Shown here one piece after another: positions 50,732 through 61,927 of a stretch of DNA of 64,000 nucleotides. This DNA is from Phoronis australis. Taxonomy: Eukaryota; Animalia; Phoronida. Each line of letters starts with the position of its first letter. The stretch's first letter is position 1. The notes beneath the pieces are model-generated. The model was not told where the DNA came from, did no database searches, and saw nothing but the letters and a program-made list of their open reading frames with translations. The translations under genes were made by a program, and so were the position numbers. Location: positions 107,342 to 171,341 of the forward strand of contig NMRA01000600.1 in assembly GCA_002633005.1 (NCBI GenBank), given 5' to 3'.

Positions 50732-51534
50732 GTAGGTGGTGGAAATGGTTAGTTCACCGATATTTCGGAATAAATTTGGCATGTAAGATAACAAACTGCA
50801 CCAAATGAGTTTTTGTTGGGAGGGAGCAACGGGTGAGATATCGCGAGACTGAAATCGGAACTGGAACATTTTCCAATTCTGTGACGTTGTCTGGTGTAAT
50901 CGTGTTGCTTGAACCAATCACGAATTTCGATGTGACCGGAACAAGTTGATCGTCTTCCTTTAAATATTTGAATGCCCACTCATTTGTTTGATTAGGTAAG
51001 GGAAGCAATTGCGTGGCAACTCGCGTGCCGCACATTTGCTTAAGACAATAGATTTGGAAGCGTCATGGTCATGAACTTAACATGACGTGTAAGAAACATC
51101 CCATATGACCTCCACATTTGCAGTCTTTCACATGACGTTACACAATAGCAGTTAGTTTGAAATCGTCAGTTCACTATGTAATATGAAATTTGACAATCAC
51201 ACTTACACTGAAGCAACAATATTTTTTCTTCGTAGGATATTGTTTACTTTTCGCGCCCAATCTATTTGCGCAATATTCCAACACAACTTTTGCTCGTTGC
51301 TTGTAGTCTGTCCAGGCCTTTACGCTCCTCGAATATGTAGAAAGTTGCACGATAATAAAAATTTCAGCAGAAAACTCAATGCACCGACTTCAGAACACTT
51401 ATCAAATCGAACAACGACAGGAGGATTTACGCCACCTTCGGCTAGCAGGCGGTGTCAAAAACCAGCAATTGTGCATTGTAGTTTAATAATGTCAGCGTTT
51501 TGCCGAAATTCTCCATTACAGAACCATTTGCAGT

Positions 51535-51600
51535 ATTGTGACCTATATTGTTGTGACCTTTATTTTTGTGACCTATATTAATGTGACCTATATTGTTGCA
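51535..51600. repeat. ~15-bp tandem repeat (ttgtgacctatattg), 4-5 copies, in gene B intron
   Basis: Direct reading. Confidence 0.85.
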
Positions 51601-52613
51601 CCCGATATAAATTCTCTGTTTTTCGAATGTGGATTCCTCACTCCGTCAACATCGATAAATGTTGTCCACGGGTGACATTATGTGTTGGTGTTCCCGGTAC
51701 ATATTGCAACACCTTTCACATATTGTCACCAATGTGTTTACAGTAATGGAACACCCTTTCGTTTTTACCTGCTATGCACTCCTCCCATGCAGACCCCACG
51801 GGAGGTGATGAAAACCCATTTGGCGTCCACCTGATTTTTAACTATTTTGTAGTCCTCCCATGTGCCCACCTCCCGCTAGCACCTGTTGGCAAATGCCATC
51901 TCAACGCTCAACGCCAGAGGCAATCACTGAAATTCTGCAGGTCATGGAAGTATGAAATGTAATTATGAATTTGCCATAGTAATTTGTCTTTTTAAAACTC
52001 AAACATTACCAAAACTTGGCTTTGGGAACGGAGCTCAAGCGAATCGAAGAAAAAATCTTACTGTCAATTTCACTTAAATATTGACTTAAGCACACATTTG
52101 TCGTTCTCATTTGATTATAAGTGAATGTAGATATACTTAGTTTACCCATTTTAATGACACAACAATTTTATTACACGTCGAACTTCATTCAAGTATGAAT
52201 TCAAAAGTGTTTACATTACATGCTTCGGACTCGCTAAGGTTTGCATATTCGCCGCTTGGGGCGCTTGATTTTCGACCGATAACCATTGCGACGAAGGGCA
52301 ACCTGGCGGAGTAGGACCCCCTGTTGTACTAAATTCTTTGTCACAACCTGTTCAACTGAACAATCGCAACCTCAACAGTAATTTTATTATTTAGCTATAA
52401 TGTTTTATACCATTGTCCATCTCATATTTCCTTAGGCCCTATGTATTCCATGCATTCCATGCAGTTCATGTAGGTAAGTAATCGACTTCATATTTTTCAT
52501 ATCAGGTTAACGATTTTAGGGGTTATTTTTTGGGTAGCCAGATGTGTTGTAAGTTACTGGTTTGAACCATGACTGTAAAACAGCAAAAATGTTTTTTGTG
52601 TTTGATGTTGCAG

Positions 52614-53370
52614 GTACTTCTTTAAACCGAACACAACTCTGAATCAGGGTCGAAATCTACTCTACAAATATTCGTCAACGCACTTGAACAAAACGGGGGC
52701 ACAGTTTTATATCTTCATCGATGAAGACGCCATCATTACTCGGACAGGTCTAGATCTATTAGATCCCAAAGCTCAAATTACAGTAGACCGGAAACGACCA
52801 ATCCTGAGGCAGTATGAAGACTTCCTGCTCCGCGTGAAACCTGCTGTAAGCACGGCTATATACTCGACGTCCCATAATCGGAAGAGATTTAAAGAAGATT
52901 TTTTCTCCACGTGCTGCAAAACAAAGAACGGAAGTAGAATTCGTTTTCCAGAGTTCTTCCCAATGATCAGCTTTGATCTGTGTATGTTTGCAACGCACGT
53001 AACAGCAGCTTCAAATCTCTTTCCCATACCACTCAAGTACGAAACATTGTCTTGGTGGATGGGAGACATTATTCTGCCATTTAGAGTCTATGCCAAATAC
53101 AGAGGCCAAGCGCTCGTTTACTCACCTATGCAAATCTTGAATGGAGCCCACAGACAATATCCAAAAGTGTCCGGCGGTGTTGTTGGATATGACGTTCTCA
53201 TGAAAGAGGAGCGGGCTTTGGCACCACGTCATCTTCGCAATAATGCTGTGTGGAACGATAAGCTGTTTAGCGGAAAGCACCGGCCGCCTTATTATTCTAT
53301 TGTCTCTCCACAGTTTCCCTACGTTCCTTATCATGAAAATCCTACCATGATGCCATTTTATGGTGTATGA
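52614..53370 (+). CDS. Gene B terminal exon: GT-A-fold glycosyltransferase-like domain, C-terminus shorter than gene A
   Basis: Acceptor tgttgcag|G in phase 2, reading YFFKPNTTLNQGRNLLY...FYIFIDED. Stop TGA at 53368-53370. Confidence 0.9.
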
Positions 53371-53404
53371 AAGAGTTCGCCTGGTGGACGCTTGAAGTAA
53401 CATG

Positions 53405-55434
53405 TGGCTCAGACACTAAACAATTTTAAGAACATCTGATAACGCAGTCACGGCTAATACCTTTAACGACTTTTTCACGAATATTGGCCATAAACCTAGC
53501 ACAAAAATTTGGAAACACTAGTCATTTATTTCCACCCGAGGTCAGCGAAGAGATAGCTTTTAAATTCTATGAGGTTGGCGCTAAGTTTGTTTGCCACCAA
53601 CTCAAATCAATGGATGGCAATTCTGCTGCTTGAATTGATGGCATTAGTAATAAAATCCTTAAACTATCTGCTGAGACAATCTCTCAACTCATTAATTCAC
53701 TGATCAATTTATCATTGAAAACATCAATCATACCATCAGAGTGGAAATCCGCTGTTTTTACTCCACTTTTGAAAGATGGTGACAAATCATGCTGCAAAAA
53801 ATTACAGACCCATTTCAATTCTGCCATCTATATCAAAAATCCTTGAAACACAAACAACTTCATTCTTACTTCCAAACTACATGTAACAACCTCTTGACTT
53901 ATGCCCACTCTGGTTTTCGACCACTCCGTTCAACATTAACTACTAACATTGACGTCACTGACCATATTTATTCTAATATGGGTAAAGGATTATTGACTGG
54001 TGATGTTTTTATTGATCTAAAGAAAGCATTTGACACCGTCGACCACACTATTATGTTGAAGAAGCTTAAAGCCTATGGGGTCACCGGTGTGGAGGCCAAG
54101 TGGTTTCAGAATTATCTTGGTAACAGAACTCAAGCTACCAGTGTCGGCAAAGATATCTCTGATCTCAAAACCGTTAAAACACGTGTTCCCCAGGGGTCTA
54201 TACTGGGGCCATTGCTATTTTGTATCTTTGTCAATGATCTCCCCTCAGTAATTCAAAATTCAAACTTCAAGATTTTTCTCTATGCGGATGACACAACAAT
54301 ACTGACTGCAGGCAGAAACTCATCCGAAATCCAGGCCAATCTCAACTGTGATTTAGCAATCATTTCTGATTGACTTGTATCCAATAAACTATCCTTAAAT
54401 GTTTCTAAAACTAAAACTCTTCTATTTGGCACATCCCAGAGACTTAGAAACCAAACCCTGTCCTTAATTACGATTGGAAGACCAATTGAGAACGTCAATT
54501 CCTTTAAATATCTGGGACTTATATATGATCAAAATCTTAAATTCTCTCACCACGTTGATTATATCTCGAAAAAGGTGTCTAAGACAATTGGCGAATTGAA
54601 ACGCATCAGTAAATTTGTTAACGGAGCAACACTGAAAACCTTTCTTAATGCTGTCATTCATCCTCACCTAGATTATTGCCTCCCTGTTTGGGGTGCTGCA
54701 TCAGGCAAGGATATGAAAACCATCCAGGCTATCCGAAATAGGGCTGCCCGGATTATTCTGGTTAGAGATATTACCATCAAAAAGCTTCATAAAGAGACTG
54801 GTATAACGAAAATTCATACAGCACATCAATTCCTATCTGCTTCTTGTGTGTACAAATGTTTTAAAGGTCTTGTCCCATCTTACTTATGTGCTAAGTTTAA
54901 GATGACTACTAATCGCTACAATACTAGGTTCTCATCGTCATCTGATTTCAATCTTCCCAAACGCAGAAGCGGAACCTGGAAAAATCATTTTCCTACAGCG
55001 GCCCTTTTTATGGACTCTCTCCCTGCAGATGCCAAATCTTCATCATCCTTTCTAACCTTTAAACGAATTCTAAGAAATAGATTTAATTTCACGTAGTGTC
55101 AATTCATTTGTTATTTATATGATGTCTTACTTTTATTAATTATTTATTTCTGTTTTATTTTTTTATATTCATGTTTATATTTTAGTTAATTATCTTATCT
55201 TAATTTCTTTATCTTCTATTTATCATACTTTATTTTTTTATTTTGCTTCATCAGTCTTTCCATGTTAATTTCTTATTCTTTGCTTATTACTTAAATTTTT
55301 CTTTCATTTTAGTTCTGTTTTTGTCTTACTGTTTTTTTTACCGAGGTCCCCATGAAAAGCAGTGTGAACTGATGGGGCCATTTTCATTGTAAATATTACA
55401 TTAAAAGATAAGTAATGAATAAATAAATAAATAA
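53405..55434 (+). mobile_element. 5'-truncated L2/Crack-type LINE immediately after the gene B stop
   Basis: Motifs SGFRPLRST, FIDLKKAFDTVDH, VPQGSILGPLLF, YADDT, FKYLG and LDYC..VWG. T-rich 3' UTR, terminal stem-loop and (AATA)n tail. Confidence 0.93.
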
Positions 55435-58400
55435 CTGTAGTGACCCGAATGCCAAGCAAAGAGCAGAGTGAATGCCTTAGTTCATGTGTTCAACGGTAGG
55501 TTAAGAATGCAAATGGCGAAATGACAAGTGAAAAGCAAAAAGTCAACTCTTCACGTAAGTTGTTTTGAAAGTTCCATGCAGTTATAAACGCCTTATTATC
55601 ATTTCTTAAGATGAATATGTTCATAATTTCGAAGTACAGGTTGGTACACCTGTAGTAGTAATACACTTGGCCCCATACTCGTTGAATCAGTGGAGTACCA
55701 TGCGGCTATTCAATATTGTTGTCCGTATTCCCCTCCCGCACTACTTCGACAGTGACCTCTGGCATGGAAAGTTCAAAAGGTAGGCCAATGTCGACTCGAC
55801 GTCGTTATCCGGTTTGATCATCAAACTTTCCCAAAACAGTTCCATGTAACAATAATGCAGCAAGACAAATAACACTCAACACGCAATCAGTTCCTAAAGG
55901 TAACATCTGGAACAGGGCTGTTAATTATATGACACTTCTGTTTGAGTTTTCGATTGCTAAATATTATATCGCCTGCATGCGCAACTCAGGCGCCAATTCA
56001 TCAGTAACTACATTTGTACAATATCAATTATTGTTTTTATTTGACTATTTTCAGGAAATTTCAAAAGGTCGATGCGGAATTACCGTTGTTTTCATCTTTA
56101 TTATCTCTCTCCAAGTAACAAATTTCTGCATTTAAAAAAGTTTCTTTTACTAGAGAATAATTGTATCCTAATGCGCAGAGGCATACTAATAGGATGACAT
56201 CCGCCACGTGAACATTCTGGGTGAAATATTCAAAAAATCTGCCGAAGACTTAAGAAACTTAGAAATTCGAAGCGTATGGGATAAATACAAACGAACCTCG
56301 ACTGGTGTAGATGAAGTAAGAATTTTGTAAGTAAAATGGTATTACGTAACATATGCAAATATTGAATCTACTTGAAATGATTTAGTTCAACAAGGAAGAT
56401 GTGTCGAACATATGTTTGCCTTATTACTATTTGATATGTGATGTGCATGGCACTTGATTCTGCACTTTCACTCTGCAGACTTACAATGCCACCCAAACAA
56501 ACAACCTAGTGTGTATAAATTTAGATCGACTAGTTCCACTCGATAACGGCAAGTATAGTTCTTTTGCCTGACACCTGACGGCAGACGGATGTGTTGAAAT
56601 TAAGAAATGCCGTCGGAGGTTCGTACTCGGCCTCTTCAGTAGTTCACAACAGGCTTATCGGTATCAGTTTATCACTTGAATCCATCGTTTCGCAACAATA
56701 ATTCATCAAAATATGATGTAGAATCCTTACAAGTGCATCGAGCTATTGAACAAACGTGTTGCTTTATTTTGCTGTTACGGATATATTGATATTTTAACGT
56801 ACCGTAGCCTTCAAAGTTCGGTAGACCAATTTACCAAGGTCGGTCGCTGAGCCCGATTGCTCGTTGTCCCAAATACTGGAATCATATCTAATTTGAATAA
56901 GGAACAAGCTAGTACAAAATTCATATCCTTAATTGGTCTAAACTAAAAGCTAATTTTGTCAGAAGGGGAGAGAAATTGGGTGAATTATGACACCAGAAAA
57001 TTGGTGATTTAGGAGATACTAGTTACTAAGGTACGTGATAATTGTTTGTGGATACTTTGAGACTTCTCTTCTGTGGTCATCCGCGGGAAACCTGGTTGCA
57101 TAAAGAACAATAGATTAGCATCTTCATCGTTCCCGTTGTTATGATAAAGTGGTGACAAGCAGTTATCGGCAACGGTCTGATGTACGCCCAAGGTATTTTA
57201 TCCATGTGACCCGTGTTGTTATATTCAACAATCACACAACAACGGAAAACAATGATACGACCGATGGGCAATATACATTTGACGAGTTGCCATGAACAGT
57301 GGTGGAGTTTGTCTTGTCGTTTGAATGTTTCCACAGAACTGCAAACCCGGTATATCGTCAGGAAAACAAAAGACTTCTGCGGCCTTTTGTTTTAAGTCGT
57401 ATGAAAAATTGTGGTCATACCACTTAACCTACTATTCATTTGATTTTACATTGCATTGCATAGACATTTAATCAACAGAAAATCTGATTTGAATATATGT
57501 GAAGAAATACCCATATTGAAATTACAAGGCATAACAACTATAAATCAAAATAACCTACATTTGTCGAGTTCATGTCTATCCCTGTTCACTGGGGAGGACA
57601 TAATCGATTTCTATAAAAAAATGGAGCCATGTATGATATCTAGATATACTATAGTCCAACGTGGTAAGTAACAAAACATTCAAAACATTCAGGAGGAAAA
57701 AACTTATTGCAATTTATCAAAAAACATTAAAGACAATCTGATTTTACGTGCTGAGGCAACGGTCTCAGATATTTGTAAAGTTCTCATTTTAGTATATTTG
57801 AGGTGCCGAATTGTATAACTAATAATCTGGCTGCCATAGTTTTTATTTTTTGCAACATTTTGGCCAAGTTTCATTCCCATAGCAGTGAGGGTACATTTGG
57901 TACAGCAGTGTATTAAACATAACCTCAGAATGGCATAACGGGGGGCAGTGTAGTAAAACTACTAAATGAGGGGGATAAATCAGTATCGTTTTTTAAAACA
58001 TCTCTGTAACAATCTACTGGCATCACTAAACAATGCCATGTGAATAATAGCTCAATACATGTAGCTTTCATTCAAGTTAAATGTAAACAGTTAAATTTGG
58101 ACAGTTTTTACAGCGTGAAAACATGGCTGCGAAGCCATAAAATGTGTTTGAGCCCATAACTTCGGTAGAAGGTAATATTTTGGGGAAATGTTTTACCACT
58201 GTTTATAGATCCCATAGGACTACGTATGTTGAAAGTTTGGTGAAAATCGACTGACCTTCACCTTGCCGCTGGATGGCTAGTGCTCTCGTGAACTAATATT
58301 TAGTAAGTTATGGTTAGCCTACTACTTAATTCTGTCTTAACATATTCATTGTTCTTTACTCCTTTTTGATGAAGACAATCTGGTAAATTTTTTACGAAAA

Positions 58401-59910
58401 TTGTCCGCTATTTTTTTCAACAGATAGTGATTCAAGAACTCCTGTCTTTATTAGGAGTTTCAGCCAAAGTCTAGGGAGCGAAGTAACCAAATTAATTATC
58501 TTCTCTGGCCCTAATCAGGCGGTTACTACCTGAGCAGAAATTGAAAATAAGTCCGTCAACAACCTTATTTCAAACAATAACCGAAACAATGCCATCTACT
58601 TCATGAATGATAGCAACAACGCCTGTTGAAATAATTAAAATCTGCGTTTGATTTAATGACGCCAAAGCAGCGGCCAATGATTGCGCAGAAGACAGTTCCC
58701 ATAACCAAGCCTCAAACGGATAAACCGATCAGCGCCATCTTGAGGCCAGGGACGAAGCTGCACAAATTTACAACAAGTTTTGTGGAGTAGTTTTTGGATA
58801 CTGTTGGAAATCTTGGACGACAGCGGAATACATTACGAGTTTGAAACTGATTATACATTATTTTCACCTACATGTATAGTTTACAGTGAAATTCAGGGAA
58901 GACTTGTATTTTTGCCTATTATTCTGTGTGATTCAACTGATTCACCAGAATTTATTCACGCAGATGTAACGTGATTTGTTAAATTTCTCACAATGCCAGC
59001 TGACTCGGCGGCACCGACAACATGGTGACTTTTGCCGAACTGAAAGCCATGTTCAACTGGCTACTTACTAGTAACAAGTGAAGATTAACTTAATTAATAC
59101 ATTTTGGTATACATGTACGTTGCCGAAAACTTCCTACATTTTGTCAGGTTTTTAGTGTTAAAATGATGAGGAATATTTTAATTATTTCACTTTAAATTTC
59201 CATTCAGATTGCCCGTTAATATTCGTTCAAAGACTTGTGACAATGTTTTTATTTTCCCATTTACGGTGATAAAACATCTAGAAGTGGTGCCGCCATCGAC
59301 AAAGGAATTTGTCTCTTTATTCGAGCCTTCGTCTGAACCGGCGAAAGTGACCCGTGAGCGCACTTTCGGTCACTGTGATTTGAACCTGATAGGCCAATCT
59401 ATATACGGCCTGCTTGCGTTCTCAAGAGTCCACACTCGAGGTGTTTCGGTGTCAACACATTATGACTCCGATGCTTCGTCGCATTCGAGTAAAAATCTTT
59501 CTAAATCCCTCGACGCTGGAAGACTCATCTGCAAAATCGCCGTATTCCAAGTTGGTTCCTAACCTTGCGGTGTGACTGAGTGCAGCATGCATGTCTCACT
59601 GATGTGTCGCCATCATCGATTACAAAACCGCACATGTTTGTATTCACAATTTACTCAGCTGAAGCTGTTAAGATCATTCACAGCTGGGATTCCCTATCTA
59701 AGTTGAATGCGCGGAAAATAAATGCCTTGTGCAATGATTCATTTAGTGATATTTTTTTATTGAAAAGCATTTGTTTTGATGTCAAATTATGTCTTTAAAT
59801 TAACGAGGAATAACTGCATAACATCACGTTTTTGTAATTATCTTATATTTATAATAATTATACACATATATGATGATTTCTTTCCAGTCGGCTTTTTCAA
59901 TTTCTCCAAT

Positions 59911-59995
59911 AGACCGGCGATTCCGATAGCTCAATGGCTTAGATCGTCTGACGGTTAACAGGATGCCCCGGTTTGGAACACCACTACTGGCAGAT
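59911..59995 (+). mobile_element. tRNA-derived SINE-like insertion
   Basis: A-box TAGCTCAATGG and a degenerate B-box. Absent from the paralogous position (~595). Confidence 0.55.
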
Positions 59996-60392
59996 ATCTC
60001 TTTAACTATAGGTCATGCGATTTGACCAACGTATGACGAGTATGAAGAATAATGTTTTCTACTATTCTTGCTGTAGGTATAACTGGTTAAACGATGTAGC
60101 TGACCTTGCAGGAGGATCCAGGATTCTTTTAAAGACAAGTCGGATCAAAGATTTCTTAAAAGGGGGTACAATACAACAATTTGAAATTTCTAGATTTTAA
60201 CTGACATCACTTAAATCAAGGGAAAATGTGGTCCAGATCCCCTTGATCTCCCCAGATTCGCCTTTGTGATGTAAGACTTTAGGAACTCAGCTGATCATTT
60301 GTTATTCGAATACCCATATTTCCCCATAGAAACTATGCAGCTATTCCTTAGTTGATGGAAGGGTGCGTATTGTTCATTCGATTGAAAAAGGT

Positions 60393-60552
60393 ATTGACTG
60401 AGTTCTTGGATGAAAACACGACAAACGTATCGTCCGCATACCTAAAATTGTGGTTTACAGTCCGGTGGGCAACTAGCCAGAGCCTCAGTATCAAGATTGC
60501 ACCTGAAAATATTAGCTACCACTGATCCCAGGGGTGAACCCATGGCCATTCC
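60393..60552 (-). mobile_element. Short RT fragment of the same Penelope family
   Basis: Reverse complement of ~33001-33165 (GMAMGSPLGSVVANIF...CPPDCKPQF). Confidence 0.88.
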
Positions 60553-60999
60553 GTTGTTGTTGTTTCGTGCAATATCCTGGGCATGTGCATCAAGACGGGC
60601 CTTACTTTCTTCCCTGTGATAGGTTTTAGTACAAGATCTAATGTTACCGCTCTCCATCTCTCCAAAATGTGTTTCAATCTTATAGGACAAACGGCAACTT
60701 GTGCCTAAAGCTTTAGACTCTCTTCTTCCAGGGCAATTCCCTACTATTCCTTCACTATTCCTCATGAATGTGGTTCCTATAAACTGATCTCTCCAAGCCC
60801 CATTCCAGCATTCACCCAAGTCATTAAACTATGGTCTCTGTGAGCGCAGGGCAATAAGCAATACCATTTTTGGAATTTAAGGTCTCAAACTGAAGATTAC
60901 ACTCTACACAAAATATTTCGTTATCTTCATCATCAAGAAGGAGATTCTGCAAATTTACCTTGCTACAACCTGCAAATTCATTGACCTCTGAAACATGGG

Positions 61000-61927
61000 T
61001 GCAAATATTTATAACTAACCTCTGGTGTATGATGTAGCAGTTATAAGCACAGGTATAATTTTGAATATGGCGGCTGTAATTTGAGTAAATAATCAATTAT
61101 GCAAATTCATGACAAACATGAAAACATGAGATCAATTTTAAAATAATCTACAAGAAATGCCCGTAAGGAAATTATAAGCAGAAACAGTATTTGGAATACT
61201 GGTGTCCTTTATTTGTATAACTTATGAAAATTCCTCCTGGTACATCAGCTATAAGCAAAAGTAGAATTTTGAATAAGATGACCTTAGTTTGCATATACAG
61301 TATTAAGCAAATTTTTCATGCAACAACATGCAAAAGGATTTCATTAAACTAATTGACCATAGAAACAAAGGTGCAAATATTCAAATATCACCTTTGATGA
61401 TTGGTACCATGGGTTATAAAACAATTTTGAATAATTGCGGCCTTAATTTGCATAAATTGTGCAACTGACGATGTATTCACCCAAAAACTTTCACTATTGA
61501 AATCGTTGACAATGGAAACATGGATGAAAGCAGCAAAATAACCCGTTGCAGTGCTTGGTAAGGAAATTACATGTATAAGCCAAAATGGAATTTTGCATAA
61601 TGACGGCCTTAATTTGCATAAATTATGCAAATTGGCAATGTATTCACCAAAAAACTTGCACTATTCAATTTGTTGACTATGAAAACATGGTAAAAACGTC
61701 AAAATTATCTGGCTGCAGTGCTTGGTAAGGAAATTATAAGCAAAAGTAGAATTTGTCTAATGGCGACCTTCATTTGAATATTTTAAAAAATGCTCAAGGG
61801 TTAAAAACATCCTCCCCCTTAAATCATGATTGATTAACTATGCGTAGGCTACTTGCAAAACATCACAGAAAAAGCTTTATCCGGCAAATCCAGGTTAAGT
61901 AAACAACAGCAGTTGGCTCCCGGACTA
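61000..61927. mobile_element. Non-autonomous DNA element fragment with an internal ~175-bp tandem duplication, ending GGCTCCCGGACTA (possibly Academ-like terminus)
   Basis: Repeated gcagtgcttggtaaggaaatta and ggccttaatttgcataaatt. Absent from the paralogous segment. Confidence 0.5.
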
